Assembly (NCBI RefSeq): GCF_018350175.1
Contig: NC_058368.1
Span: 175,400,001-175,464,000 of the forward strand
DNA from: Felis catus
Taxonomy: Eukaryota
DNA: 64,000 bases
Direction: 5' to 3'
The position numbers and the translations under genes are program-made. Positions 13,010-26,999 of this stretch are shown here, one piece after another. The notes under the pieces are model-generated. The model did not search any database and had not been told where the DNA came from. It saw only the letters and a list, made by a program, of their open reading frames with translations. The stretch's first letter is position 1; each line of letters starts with the position of its first letter.

Positions 13010-13205
13010 TGGGTCAGAAAAGCCTGATTCTACCCTTTACTGGCTGTGTGATCTTGAGTATCTTAACTAACATCTCTGATCCTCACTTTTCTCCTCTGTA
13101 CATTGAAAACTGATCTCTCCTTCATGAGTTATTGTGAAGATAGCATGGAAAGTGACTAGCAAACTACCTGACACATACAGAAGCTCAATAAAATGGAAGT
13201 TATTG
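13010..13205 (+). mobile_element. MIR SINE remnant
   Basis: tggctgtgtgatcttgag...catctctgatcctcacttttctcctctgta...cctgacacatacagaagctcaataaa. Confidence 0.7.
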
Positions 13206-13329
13206 TTATTAATTAATTCATTGCAAACAATAATTTTTAAATACTGTTTTACTTTCCACGAACACCTTCCTCTTAGGACCCCAATGTGGGACTGGAGAAA
13301 ACTTCATGAAGTCCTGCCTTCGGTGGCAC

Positions 13330-13900
13330 GTTCAGCAACCTAGCCAGGTAGCAAGAGATCTCTGCCGAAGCAGAGACGGGCACAGGGGCCGAGGGAAATG
13401 TTGGGACCGTGGGGCTCCCAGGTGAAGAATTAACGTGGGGGATCGAGGACTGGTTTCTGGAGGAGGTGACAGTTGAGCTGGGCCACAAGGCAGAGCACGT
13501 GGGGTAGAGTGGAGTGAAAAGTTCACGGGCAAAGACCTGGAGGTGAGAACGGGCATACATACGGCAGACTTGCAGAATTATGTGAAAGTTGAAGCCCTGG
13601 GCGTGCAGGAGGTCAGTGGCAGAGGGACAGGAACTAGCAGCAAGGACCACCTCTGGACAAGCCTGCAATGCCATGCTGTTGGCCTGTAGGAAGTAGGGAG
13701 CCACCGAAGATTCCTCAAGCAAGATAGAGTGATCTGATGCGATTTTGCTCGTGCTGGGCGGAAGGGGGTGAGATGGAGACAGAAGTTCAAAAGCCGGCAC
13801 TGTGGACAGGGTGAGTGAGGAGGGACAGGTGTACCAAGACAACGTCAGTTGAGACGGAGGGCCGACCGAGACGGAACGAGGCACGGCTTTGCCTTGGAGG
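13330..13900 (-). mobile_element. L2 LINE remnant
   Basis: tttctggaggaggtgacagttgagctgggcc...gggcaaagacctggaggtg...gggagccaccgaagattcctcaagc...gtgatctgatgcgatttt. Confidence 0.7.
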
Positions 13901-16900
13901 CCCAGCCTAGGCGGATGCAGCCCATCGGGTCACGTGACCGACTCCCCAGAAATATATTATTGCGTAAGTACAAGGGCGCCCATGGTACTGTGTTAGTTTA
14001 CATTAACTCCGTCCTTAGACGCCCTAAGCCACCAGGCTTAGACTGTGGACATCACTAGCCCATTTTGCAGATAGGGAAACAGAGGTTCAGAAAGGTGAAG
14101 TGACCTGCTTTAGTCACACAAATCCCCAACCCATGTATTCCCCCTTCTTCCGTGTGGCCTTTCGTCACGCTCTTGGGGACGGGGCGTGATTCGTCATGTT
14201 TGCCCATTTCCATGGTTCGTTACGAGCTTCCAACAGTTTAACAACTGGTTTGCAGGCTTTTCATAACTGGCTCTCAGGACAGGGCGTGAGCCAGCTCCAG
14301 CCCACCCTGCAGGAGTCCCATAGGAAAGAAGAATGTTCACAACACTCTAGCAGTCTTCTTGGCCATCAGATGTATTCACCCAGTCACTTGCTTTCTTGTA
14401 GCACTTACTTACCAAGGCTTGTTTGCATCGACGAGAATGTGAAGCCAGCACTAAAAGCAGCTCCAGTTATTTGACTATGGAGTGGTCACTGAGTCGCCCC
14501 GGCCCTCCCTGAAACCCTGAGCACATTCCTTCTGAGACAGCACCATGGACGTTTTTGTTAAAAACAAAACAAAACAGAAAAGCCACGTTTGGTTTTCAAC
14601 GATCAATTAACAACAACACGCATTTCTGAAAGCTGCCCTGACAGTACAATTCCATCAGGCTCCCAGAAAGTGCCCAGACAAAAGCATAGGCCAGCATCTT
14701 TATTCTGATTTTCAGTAACACCCTAGCCAAAAATGCAAGCATAAACATCAAATACTATCATGGCCTTTCTCCACCGGGTACTCATATGCAGATTCTACCC
14801 CCGCCAGATAATGACTCTGCTCTTAACCCAGCAGGCAATGTTTTTAATAACTCACCTGTGACATTCCTCACAATAAAAAAATAGGAGAGCCATAAAAACC
14901 AAGACAACAGATAATAAAGTAAAGCATCTTATCTCCATTTGCCCCTGTCAGCAAAGATTAGAATCCCTCCCGAGGAAAGCAGCCCCTGGGGTTTTGATGA
15001 AAAATTGGCAGAAGCAAATGGCAAAGGTAGAAATGGGGTCTCACCTCCCTCGGAATGTGGCGTCAAAAAGAGACATTTATAAGAATGTGTCATTGTCAAG
15101 GAGCTGAGAAGCAAAGATGAGGCCCTGATTTTAAATAAAGATATTGAAGATGAGGCAGGCAGAGCTCTGGTGTTATTAATAAAGGCAGAATTTCTCGGTC
15201 AGCCAGGGGGATTTTTTTTTTTTTTTTTTTGGTCTACTCATTCATCTGTTCACTCAGTTATCGAAGCCATCTTTTGGTTCCTAAGGTGGCCAGACACTGG
15301 CTAGGCTCTTGGGGTCCGAAGATGAAGAAGATACCATTGTGGCCCCCAGTGAGTGCAAGACGCGGCAGGTAAACTCGATGACGTCCACACCATGTTACTG
15401 GTGCTAGAACAGAGGCTCGTACAGCAGGTGCAGGAAACCCAAAAGGAAGGATAGACCATGCGGGCAAGCTGGCAGAACCACACGGGCCAGGGGCCACTCG
15501 GGGGGGGGGGGGTGTTGAGGGATGAGTAGGGAATGTGTGCAATGGTGAAGGCAGCAAAGGCATTCTGGCTGGAAGGGACAGCACGAACAGACAGGAAGGC
15601 AGGCAGTGGGGGGAGTGCTTTGGGCAGTCGGAGCTTGTGGGAGAGGCAGGCGAGCAGCGGAACTGCAGACGGGTTTTTAAGGTGGCAAAGCCCTCATGGG
15701 ATGGGCTCCTTCGGAAGAGTCCTTCTCAGGGGCGGTGAGGACAGGTGTCTGAGAAAGGAGGCAGGGGGACCCAGGACGAGGCCGGGCCTTGAGAGGATGG
15801 GTGAACGGAGAAGAGAGTACAGTTATTGGAGACTTTCAGGAGGGAAAGAGGCCTGGACTCTTCCAGCTTTTAGACGTGGCCACCGACCCTGGCAGGCGGG
15901 TCCTGCCACGGCACTATGTCCTTTCTTATGTTGGTGCACGAGCGGAGCAGAGGCCTGAGACAGAGGGCCGAGACCCCGTCCCTTGGTCACACAGAAGAGA
16001 AGGAGAAGGAGGAAAGGAAAACCTGGCAGGCAAATTGGCTTAGCAGCGTCCCCGGGGAGCTACTCACTCGTAGCTCAGTTCCCTTCCACTGTAAGCAGCC
16101 TTGAGAACTGAGTGGGTCAAAGAATTGAGTGGATCAGTGGATGGATTTTTGTTTATTTTGTGTTGTTTCTTTGTTGTTGCTTGCTTTTAGTAATAACCCA
16201 CAGGCCCCTGTTCTCTAAGAATTACTAGCCCTCCCACTCCCAGTGCTCCCCCACCCTACTTCCTGTTAATGTGTCCATTTGTCTGACAGGAACGTTGAGT
16301 TCTGGTCCCTTTGCACTAATGCATTCCTCCCATTCCGTCTTCTCCCACTGATCGTGCTCTGGGTGTCCTCCAGACATCCCCAGGATCTTTCCCCACGCAC
16401 TTGGACGGCCCCCAATCTGCGCTTGCCTAGGCCATGGCCACCAGAGTCAGACTTTCTGGACCCTGAATCAGGATGTGGTCAGACACGAATACTGAGGCAG
16501 TTCCAAAAGACTGGGATTCCAGTTGCCACACACCAGACCCCCAGTCTATGCCAGGCCCTGTGCTGGGAACGGGAGACGTGTGGGTAGGCCCTCCAGGGAT
16601 CAGAGGCTGGGGGCCAGGCTGCGGATGCGAGAGCAGCCAATTACCCTACAGCGGCATTCAAGGCCCCCACGTTACTTGCAGAACCAAGAGGAGGCACCAA
16701 ACCCAGCTGAGAGGATCAGGGGAAGCAGCCCAGGGTTGCTGATCTGACAGGGACAATACAGTTGAGAAGGTGGCCAGAATGTTCTCGACTAATCCACATT
16801 TGTGGGCTCCTTCCAGAGCGAGAGAATTCTGTCTCATGCACTCTTCGTCTCCCGGCAATGGGCCTTTGGCCCCAGCTCGGAGCAAATACTGATAAAGACA

Positions 16901-17764
16901 AAAAAAAGGGCGGGGGGGAGGAAGAACAAGGAAGGAAAGAAGGCGAGCCAGCCACAGAATTGGCAAGGGCAATCCCAGGGTGGCACGAAGGTGTGGCAGA
17001 GGGAGTGGGATAGGGTTGGGTTCTTATTTTGTTCTAACACAACCAGGCTGAATGGCCTTTGGAGCCACTTCACTTCTCTGACCATCAGTTTCCTCATCTG
17101 CAAAATGGGGATAACAATAGGAGTACCTCTTGGTTGTTATTAGGCTGAAAAGTGGATTAAAAGCATATTTTAACAAATACTAGGATTATTCCTATTATAC
17201 CCGATCTATTGAGGAACAGCCTACCAAAAAATCTGCCTGCACTCCTCAGTAGGCAAAAAGGTGGCTCCAGAGGTCACTGTAGATAGCCAGAGAGACTGCC
17301 CATGAATCCAGACATTGAACTGGCTTCTCCTTGAACAATTCCTGCACTTTCCCAAGGGGGAAAGCTGGAAGGGGAGGCCCAGATTTGCCTCCAGCCAGCA
17401 GACAAAAGCTGGCTAATTAGGCAGGAAGCTAAGAACCCAGGAGGAAGAAAGGGGATCTGAACAGGAAGGAGATAAAATGATCATTCATTAAGACCTAGAG
17501 GGTACCAAGGACTTACACTATTTGTTATGTCAACTGTGTGGCCTGGTTTATTACTGAGGAATCAGGAGCTCAGAAAGGTGAAGGGACTTTCCCAAGGTCA
17601 CGGAGCCAAGAGGTGACAGGGACGTGATCTCAGTTGCCCAGGTCATCCTAGCCCCAAAGACCCAGAACACCTCTCATTCACCTGACACGCTGGCCTCCAA
17701 ATGCAACACTCAGTTCCTTCTCACACCGGCCTGGGGGACAAGCGGGTCTGACAGCATGGCCAGA

Positions 17765-17848
17765 TGCACCAGCACTTTCCACAACACCAACATCCTCCCC
17801 AGCACCAGCACCTTGCACGGTGCCAGCACCCTCCATAGCACCTTTCAT
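17765..17848. repeat. Degenerate 18-bp minisatellite (about 4.5 copies, unit like agcaccagcaccttccac)
   Basis: tgcaccagcactttccac / aacaccaacatcctcccc / agcaccagcaccttgcac / ggtgccagcaccctccat / agcacctttcat. Confidence 0.8.
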
Positions 17849-19228
17849 GGCAAAATCAGCTTTAGAAGGACACCTAGGTCTCAGGACTAAGAAAGAAGGA
17901 AGGGCTCCTCTCTGCATGCTCCTGTTGTCTCAAATAGCCTGATGAACAGTTTGTCAAGCCTGTGACCCCTGGCAAGAGCCTTCTTGGTTTTAGAAAAGGC
18001 AAACATTCCAGGTGATTCTCTCAGCCAGTCTTTTTCGGTTCATCTCCCCCGCCCGGTCCTGTCCTCTCATTCTCTCATGTTGCCCCCAGCTGCTCCGTCC
18101 GGGTCAGTTTTGAAATGTGAAGCAGTGAGCTGTTCCTCCCCCGTGAAGGTCCTGGAATGAGGGGCAGGTGTCTCCTGGCCAGCCCCACAGTCACCCCTGC
18201 CGGTGAGCAAGACCGCGGGGAGGCAGCCCAGCCACTGTTTACCAGCACCACACTCTCTAAGACTAGCTGGGAACTCTCTGACTTCCGGTGCTGGTTCTCC
18301 ACCACAAAACTCCATCCTGAGTTCCAGGCCATTTACACCCAAGGGCAACCAGACCACCATCCTTGGCCATCTCCCCCAGGCACCTCTCACTCCAGGCATC
18401 CCCCCAGCCTAGATCTCCCAGCTCCTGCTCCAGTGGACAGCATGCCCCTGCCCAGCCAGCCAAACGAGACACCAAGGAATGTCCCCAATAGCCCTTTGTT
18501 CTACCAGGAAAAAGTCCTATAAATCCCATCTTCAGAACAGCCCACCGGATCCCTGAGCCCTGCTGCAGCCAACAGCTCAGACCCTAGACTCTTCCTAATT
18601 GCCTTCAAAGCCTCCTCCCAGGCCCCTGAGATACAGGCCCCCTCACCCCTACAGATATACCCTCCACACCGCCCAGGGGCAGCTCTCTTTGAGAAAGCAG
18701 AGAGGCTTGTGAATGCTCACTGCTTTACGTAAACAAACGGGGCTCCCGCCCACACCCGACAGTCAGTGCTGATGAAGGACAGGTGCCCCCAAACCCAATA
18801 CCTTCCTTCCTGACTCCCAGGATCAATCGAGTCAAGCTGCATCGGGAGCTTCCGCAGGCCCAGACCCTGACTGAGCCCCTCCTTTTCTCTTAGTTGACCC
18901 ACTTCTGTTTGAGCGGGAAGTGACCACTGTGGGCAACCTGGCTGAACAGAAAGGCCAGTCTGGCCCAGCTCTGAGCCCTGACCCTGCTACCTGCTGGCTA
19001 GAGGAGCAGGTCACCGTCACTGTCCTGAGCCATGGTTCCCCTTTGAGACACGGAGGGATGCATCAGTCTCTCGGGGGCTTGTGGACGTTAAATAGGATTA
19101 AATGGCAACATACCAAAAGTGCTCAGAGAAGAGGAAAAAAAAAATCATCCAGCACCACCCCAGATAACACGGCCACAGACGGCATATGTTGATACATTTC
19201 CTTCCACGTTTTCCCCCCCTCTGTTTAC

Positions 19229-19229
<1 letters not shown>

Positions 19230-19260
<31 letters not shown>
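19230..19260. repeat. (TG)n microsatellite
   Basis: Direct read. Confidence 0.95.
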
Positions 19261-19262
<2 letters not shown>

Positions 19263-19427
19263 CCATAGTTCCAATCCTGGAAAACACACAATTTTAATCT
19301 CTGCTTTTTTCACTGAACTTTCTCTCTGAAGTATTTGCCCAAATTGTTGTGTGTCTTCATCACCATCATTTTAAAATGACTGCCAAATAAAGAATAATTC
19401 CACCAGAAGCTTGTAACACTCTATTTG

Positions 19428-19431
<4 letters not shown>

Positions 19432-19473
<42 letters not shown>
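19432..19473. repeat. (AAAT)n microsatellite
   Basis: Direct read. Confidence 0.95.
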
Positions 19474-19475
<2 letters not shown>

Positions 19476-20439
19476 CTACTTCTTTTCTGATTACTGAAAT
19501 AATGCATGCTCATACCAAATTTGGAAAGCAGGGGAAAGTCAAAAGAAGACGACAATATCTCATGGGTAATTCAGAGTAAACTAACTACTCTCTCAGAAAA
19601 AGGAAACCTTGAGAAACTGCCAAACTAGCCCATCATAGGGACACGGGGCTTGTTTACAGAATCCTGAGGAAGTTGGTGACAATGTAGCGTTGCTTCAAAT
19701 ATTTTGATTTTATAAATAACACTGCAGTGCACATTGTGGTTCGTGAATCGGGGCATATTTCTGATGGTCTCCGCTGCGGGGGGCGGGGGGGGGGTCACAG
19801 GTCAGCTCACTCTCTGGCCCAGTGCGTCCTTATGCTCCAGGATGGCCCCGGCCTCCCCTGGAAGCTCAGTGCTCATTCTTTTAAGGTCTGCAGTTCAGGC
19901 CACGCCCATATTCACCGGGCCCACGCTGAGCCAGACAGGAAAGCTACAGCCCAAAGTAAGAGAACCCGGCCCTCAGAGGTGGGGGAGGTGGTCAGCATCC
20001 AAGGAATTCTCACCCTCCCGAGGGATGCATGCAGAGGGACCGCATTCCCTCCCTCCCGGGCTCACACACCCAGCTGCGCTAACACAGATTTAGCAGGGAG
20101 ATGGGGAACGGCTTGTTTACCATATATACACACTCGAGTCCCAGATAACCAACCAAGAGCTGATTTTTACTTTCAAAATCCCCAGTCACGGTTGACACTA
20201 AATGGCTACGGTTTGTTGGGTACTTACCATGAACAGATCCAAGGGCTCTGCATGTCTTCTGTACTTCACCCTCCCAGCAACCCTAGTATCACCTCCATTC
20301 GACAAATGAGGTTTGCTGGCTGGGCGCAGCCCCTTGACTGGTCCGAGGTGGAGACAGGGCTCCTACCCAGTCAGACTGCTCCCATATCCATTGTCAGAAC
20401 CACTGGTTCTAGTAAAATCATGGCTGATTTTGCTTCTTA

Positions 20440-21010
20440 GATATCTTTTAGGTCTTCCCGTGTCTCTCTATCTGCTTGCTATCCTTGTTCAAGCCACCGT
20501 CTCTTTCTACTCGGACGATTGCAGTAGCCTCATAGTCTCCCCACGCTCCCTCATGCCTGCTGCAGTCCATCAGCCACATAAAAGCCAGCGTGCTTTATTT
20601 AAAACCCACTTAAATCATGTCTCTCCCCTCCTTGAAGTCCTTCAGAGGCTTCCTTTATGCTTCTAGCATAAAACCCAAATTCCCGCATATAGTCTACAAG
20701 GCCTAGAACTGTCTGCCTTCTGCCCACTTCTCCTGTCTCATATCTGCCTGATCCCTACCCACTGCCGACAGTCTCGCCTTGTTGCCCTTATTCCTATTCG
20801 AGAGTTGGGACCAACCTCAGGGCCTTTGCACAAGCTGTGCTCGTCCCAGCTACCTAAGTGACTTCTCCAGGTTATTTCCCTGAGGTCTTCCTTGCACAGC
20901 GTGCTTCATGGCTCCTTCACGCAACTTATCACAGTGATATATACTTATCAGTCCTCCGAGTGAGGAGGACCAAGAAATAGAAAGTCATCCATTTGGTTTT
21001 TTCCACTAAG
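20440..21010 (+). mobile_element. L2 LINE remnant
   Basis: caagccaccgtctctttc...gcagtagcctc...aatcatgtctctcccctccttgaagtccttcagaggcttcc...cctcagggcctttgcac. Confidence 0.7.
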
Positions 21011-21402
21011 AAGTCAGCTTTTCTTTCCTTTTGTCTTTTTTGCATTTTGTTGCAACCATCCGCTGACTGAAATTTGAGGGTTTTGTAAAAATACATTTCC
21101 ATCATATTTCCCGGGGATTGTGATGGAAAGACAGAGACAGGGACAGGCGGAGAAAGAGGAAAGGAGACACATGTATCAATTATCAAATTATCTGAGCATT
21201 CCAGGGCAGAAGAGAGCGTAAGTAGTGTTCGAGAGGCAGAGCTTTTGTTATTTGATTAGACTCTGTGCCCCCGGACAGTGTGGCCTCGAGAAATCCTCTA
21301 GAAAAAGCCTATGCCATTTCCCACTCTTCAGTAGCAGCTAGTCTACTGGCACGAAGAAACTTGAGCTGGCGGAAGCCAGCCTTACCTTTACAGTTTGTGT
21401 CA

Positions 21403-21513
<111 letters not shown>

Positions 21514-21584
21514 TCAGCCAGTGTTAGCACACGTGGAGACTTCAAACACTTCTCTGCTTTCCTTTTTCTCAGTAACTAGAATTT

Positions 21585-21809
21585 GTTTTTTTAATTTTTT
21601 TTTCAACGTTTTTTATTTATTTTTGGGACAGAGAGAGACAGAGCATGAACGGGGGAGGGGCAGAGAGAGAGGGAGACACAGAATCGGAAACAGGCTCCAG
21701 GCTCCGAGCCATCAGCCCAGAGCCCGACGCGGGGCTCGAACTCACGGACCGCGAGATCGTGACCTGGCTGAAGTCGGACGCTTAACCGACTACGCCACCC
21801 AGGCGCCCC
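21585..21809 (-). mobile_element. Young Can-SINE (SINEC_Fc type) about 80 bp upstream of the NSG2 exon 3 acceptor
   Basis: Near-consensus copy with intact CpGs. TSD tcagtaactagaattt at about 21569-21584 and 21810-21825. Confidence 0.95.
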
Positions 21810-24259
21810 TCAGTAACTAGAATTTTTATACATCGCACAAAGAACAGAAAATAAAGAACTTCCCTCTCAAACACACAAGAGCGTAGAAAATTCAAATTAT
21901 CCGTACTTCTCCATTGCAACAGAGGCAACCATAGGTGATGATTTTGGTCATACCTTTCCAGGTGTATTTATACGTGTCTATAGGCGTCTATGATGTATAT
22001 GTGTGCTATTATGCAAACATATATATTTTTATGTAACGGGTTCGTGCTTTGTGAATCATAACCTACTTTTATCATACAACAATATACTAACATCTTTTAA
22101 TGTAGACAAATACGCAATTGTATTTTGCCTTTTGATGCAGCATAATATGTCACGGACGCGTACTCTACAATTAGTCCGATGGGTCTCTATTGTTGAACAT
22201 TTAGGTGGTTTCCACAGTTTGGGTGATGTAAATAAGTTACGATGAACAACCTGAAGCTCAACCTTTCTACATACACTTCAGTGCAATTTGATTTAAGGGC
22301 TTGCACCAAGAAAAACATAAAGGCCTTTGAATCTCCTGGCTCATATTTTTCTGAAGTCTGAATACTTTGCAGAGGTGGTTAATATCTTATCAAGGTACGC
22401 TGTCAACCTGCCAAGGCATTTATGGAACTGCGTCCCACTGTGTAGGCAAAGTGGAAGAAAAAAGAACCTGACAGATAATCAATAACAATGGCCGAGTGCC
22501 ATGGCATCAGGAAGAACACCGAAGCTGTCCGAGACTCAGGGCCTCACCTGTAAAACGTGGGCAATAGCCATAATCGTCACCCCTGTTGAACAAGGTTGTT
22601 TTGAGGGTTAAATGAGATGATAGTGGGTAATATTTCTGGAATTATTTATTATGTGCCAGAACTGGATCGAGCACTTCATATGCATTTATCTACATACCAC
22701 TACTGTTTCCATTCTTCTGACAAGGAAACTGAAGCTCAGAGATACTAAGTCACTTGCCCAAGGTCACGCAGCTAAAAGGAAGCTGTCTTCTAACCATGAT
22801 CACTCTTACTTCTCGCTGGAGCTTAGATTAACTGAATCTTCACTGAAAACTCCCACCACGTTTTCCCGGAGACAGCAGTCAATTGTACTGACTCGAGCAA
22901 AAATTTCTCCTGTGAAGCATGTTAAGTCTGTGAGGCATGCCATTGACTAAATGTAGCTCAAAAAAGAAAAGGTGGGGAAAGGACGACTTTACTGAACATC
23001 TCCCGTGTGGATAACTTCAATATGTTAGTTAAGGAGGCTCGGGGCCCTGCCCATCTAGCCCCTCTCTTCCTCCCCATCATCGAGAACCCATTGACAGATG
23101 TCAGTTCTCCTCTTGTATCTCACCTCTCTCCAAACAACAGAAGCAAGCCCTGGCTCCTTCAGATAGGGAAGTGGGGCAGCCAAATAAAGGTGAGGGCTAC
23201 TGGGGAGATGGAGTGGATCGTTGTGTTAATTTTTTATTTTCTTTCAGCCTCCTATTCCAAAGGACAGGAAAGCAGATGCCTCTTTGCCTGCAGGTAATAA
23301 AAGCAGGTCTCCTTCTTTGCAAATTGACTATATAGCAGATAGCGGGCACTGAATATTTGACGTCTGTATCTCAATTCTATCCTGTGGGGTAGATACTGGT
23401 ACTGTCGGTATTGTAGGGAGGTGTAAGGGTATGAATACCCTTTGAATACTAGCTCCGCTAAGCCTTCTGTATCTTTGTTTTCTCACATATAAAATGGGGC
23501 AATGACCATAAATACCTCATTAGGTTGTTATAAGGTTTAAATGAGTTAGTAGAGGATAAGCACTCAGACCATTCATTCAATAACAAATGTTTATTTGAAC
23601 CCTGCCTCTGAGTGCTGACAAATTTTCTTCCCTAGATGTTTGAAGCAGATGTGGAATTGAGCTGTCCTGTACCTGTCAGCCCGTAGGTCCTCCCTACCCA
23701 GCCCATCAAGAGCAATGCAAGGACTTCTCAAGAGGAATGCTGTTCAAGCATGCTCCTCCTGACCTCCTTGTCTGGAAAAGAAAAAAAAAAAAAAGGTAGG
23801 GGGTGATAGATGAACAGAAGTTTACTGGGTGAGCAAGCCAAGGAAAGACATTTTCTGCAAAGTGAACCATGTGGCCAGAGAAAGAAAAGTGTGGAATACC
23901 ACGTGGTCTACACAGTTTGCTGTTTGCTTTCATGTGAACTTCAATGGATACATGAGAGTCGGGAGCTAATGTAACTAAGGAAGCAACTGCTTAAAGCATA
24001 GCTCATATGCTAGGTGCTTCTATTATTACCTAACTCAATGTTCTGGGTATGTGCAGGTGCTTTGTGAACTTAGAGGCTATTCTACAAATGTTAATGATTC
24101 AAAATATTTTGGATATCACTAGACCAACTGTCAGGTTATAAAGTGGTGTGGAAAACGTAGATGTCTGCTCATTCTGATCCATGTTGTTAGATATATTCAC
24201 AAGCTGGGAATTATAATGTCTTTTCCCTATTTTCATGTTGTATGTACGTATATATACAT

Positions 24260-24261
<2 letters not shown>

Positions 24262-24293
<32 letters not shown>
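24262..24293. repeat. (TG)n microsatellite
   Basis: Direct read. Confidence 0.95.
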
Positions 24294-24295
<2 letters not shown>

Positions 24296-24384
24296 TATAA
24301 TGCATCTTGGTATCTATTTCTAGACATAGTGAATTTCCTGGTCGTTGTGTCATGTGAACCATAAGGCTTGGGGCAATAAATGCC

Positions 24385-24945
24385 TTTGCCTTTTCTGGTA
24401 AGTAGTATTCTCAGATGGCCCTCTAGCTTCCTAACCCCACCCTTCCCCACCCCAGTGTATGTGTGCAGGATAGTCTCCTCCCTCAAGAGTGTGGATAGGA
24501 TGATGGCCTCTGATGGCATAGTTACTCCCTGGTGATATTCTGCTGTTATAAAACTCCATCACAGCAGACTGGAGAGAGATTCTCCTGCTGGCCTTGAAGA
24601 AGTAAGCTGACATGTTACAGGAAGGCCATGCAGCTGGAACCTGAGGGCAGATTCTAGATGCTGAAAGTGACCCAGGCTGACAGCCAGGTCATTCAAGAAG
24701 ATGGGGACTTCAGTCCTACAAGTACAAGTAACTAAATTCTGCCAACAACCTCAGGGGGCTTGGAAGGGGATCCCAAACTCCAGACAAGAAGGCAGAGTGG
24801 CAAACACCTTGACTTCAGACCGGTGGGACCCCAAGCAGAGAGCCCAGCTGACCTGTGCCTGGACTTCTGACATACAAAAACTGTGAGATAATAAAATGGT
24901 GTTGTTTTAAGCCATTTCCTTTGTTGTCTGACACTAGAAAACTGA
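24385..24945 (+). mobile_element. MaLR solo LTR (MLT1 family)
   Basis: gattctcctgctggccttgaagaagtaagctg...aattctgccaacaacct...ggacttctgac...aaactgtgagataataaaatggtgttgttttaagcca. Confidence 0.85.
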
Positions 24946-25329
24946 TGTGCCTTCCCACATGGCCAAGTCCATCTCAACAATCAACCATCTCTTGGGTTGA
25001 TCCCTTTGCTGCTAGATTTTTAGCCATCAGATCTCGGCCATCTACACATCACACATCAAACGTGAAGAAGCATTTGCTTCTTCAACCTTTCTTCTGCCCC
25101 ACTATTTCTACAAACATCTTTTCCAAAGCTCAAAAAGCCCAAAACCATTTTCATCATTCCACATTAATTTAAAAGACCCTATGCATAGCTGACATCTTGA
25201 GAAAGATGCCTTCTGATACCTCAAGATGGGTGACAGAACCTTAAAAATATTACCGTTGGACTGAGATAATGAATAATCATCATAGGCCCTGTCATTCTAA
25301 TTATCATAATAAACATTTTGTGGTTGCAT

Positions 25330-25912
25330 CTCTGGCATCCATTTAGATCAAAAGTTTCCAGATATCCTTTTGGGAACTCACCCTTGCCCCAGTGCGTGGC
25401 AGCCATGTGGTCTGGTCGGGCCGATGCCTCCCTCATGGTAGGAACGGTCCCTTAATTGGGTTAAGCCAATCAGGGCATACCATCCTATTGATCATAGACT
25501 TTGATTGGCTCAGAAGTGGTCATGTTACCCAATTTGGACCAATAGTATAGGAGGCAGTATTGACCAGGGACTTGGGGAAAGAAGCCTCCTTGCTCTTTAT
25601 GGGTGTTCCTCAAAGAGCATGCTCTTCCTCTGGTTGGTGTATTGAGGCCTTGAGTTCTGAAACTTCTGTAGAGATTATTGTCCCAACGAGGAGGACCCAA
25701 GATGAAGACAAAGGTAGCAGGTGAAGGAGGGCGGAGCCCGGAGGAACCTAGGGAAACGGAGATGGGCCCTGATCACATGCTGCCCTCTGGATCATACCTT
25801 GCCTGAAGTCCACTTTGGACTCTGCAGTTATAGGGACAAATATATACTCCTTGGACCTTAATCCAATGTGGGTTAGGTTTTCTGTTACTTGAGGTAAAAA
25901 GCTCTATCTGAT
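25330..25912 (+). mobile_element. Older MaLR LTR (MLT1J/K-like)
   Basis: gattggctcagaagtggtcatgttacccaa...tggactctgcagttat...ttaatccaatgtgggttaggttttctgttacttg. Confidence 0.7.
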
Positions 25913-26526
25913 AAAAATGTGTTCCAAGAAAAATGAACTGAAAACTGTTAGAATTTAGCAAGATGACCAAATAAGCATCACAAAATCAATAGGGTTTTTT
26001 TTTGGGGGGGGGGGGCACCAGCAAAAAAAAATCACCTCAAAATATAATGCGTCCACCAAAAGATACAGTAAAAATGTTCATGGCCACTTTTTTCATAATA
26101 TCTCCAAACTGAAAGCAATCTAAAGGTCCATTAATAGGAGAATGCATAAAGTGCGGTTTATTCATAATAAAATGGAATGCCACACACGTGGGTGAATCTT
26201 AGAGACATTACATTGAACAAAAGAAATCAGACACAAATGTTTTCTATATATTATACGACTGATTTCACGTATATCAAGTTCAAAATATATATTAAAAATT
26301 TATATATTATTTATTTATATAATTTGTATATAATATTTACAATAAATACACAAATAATAATAGTATTTATAATTATATACCATATTTCTTCTTAAAGTAT
26401 CTCATTTACCACTTGCAGTAATGGGAGGTACCGAGTTTGACAGAGTGGGGGTCATAGGCCTCCTTAAAAACCGTGTCCTGCTTTTTCCCTGAACCTCTAT
26501 GACTGGCTACTTATGCCCTGAATGAC

Positions 26527-26744
26527 TTTCTTTTTTTGTTTTTAATTTTTTAAATGTTTGTTCATTTTTGACAGAGAGAGACAGAGCATGAGCAGAGAGA
26601 GAGAGGGAGTCACAGAATCCGAAGCAGGCTCCAGGCTCTGAGCTGTCAGCACAGAGCCTGACGCGGGGCTCGAACTCACAAACCGTGAGATCATGACCTG
26701 AGCTGTAGCTGGATGCTTAACTGACTAAGACACCCAGGCACCCC
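26527..26744 (-). mobile_element. Can-SINE
   Basis: Reverse-strand SINE ending caggcacccc, with a diverged TSD. Confidence 0.92.
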
Positions 26745-26999
26745 TGCTCTGAGTGGCTTGCTAATGTAAACAGTTATTTTGGTTTTGGAATCCCATTCCT
26801 CAAGCCACTGAGTTCAAACACAGGCCAAGGGTCACACTGGTGACCCATGCTGGTCCTCAGTCATCTCCTCTCTTTAACTAAGCTACATTTTCTCTAAAAG
26901 TAACCCAGATTACCGTGTAATATTTTACCTCGGCCCCTAAGGAAGCGTTAGCTCATTAGAACTCCATATCCACATCAAAAGCAGGTCTTTGCCCATGTA

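Noticed and set aside
13273..13884. 203-aa minus-strand ORF
   Set aside because: Coincides with an L2 remnant; Ser/Pro-rich chance frame.
18765..18788. Weak second opposite-orientation REST half-site arrangement (gtgctga...ggacag)
   Set aside because: Both halves are short or mismatched and compatible with chance.
19727..20440. Longest ORF in the window (237 aa)
   Set aside because: Non-ATG start, antisense to NSG2, runs through a G-run and MIR-like sequence, with no domain or splice support.
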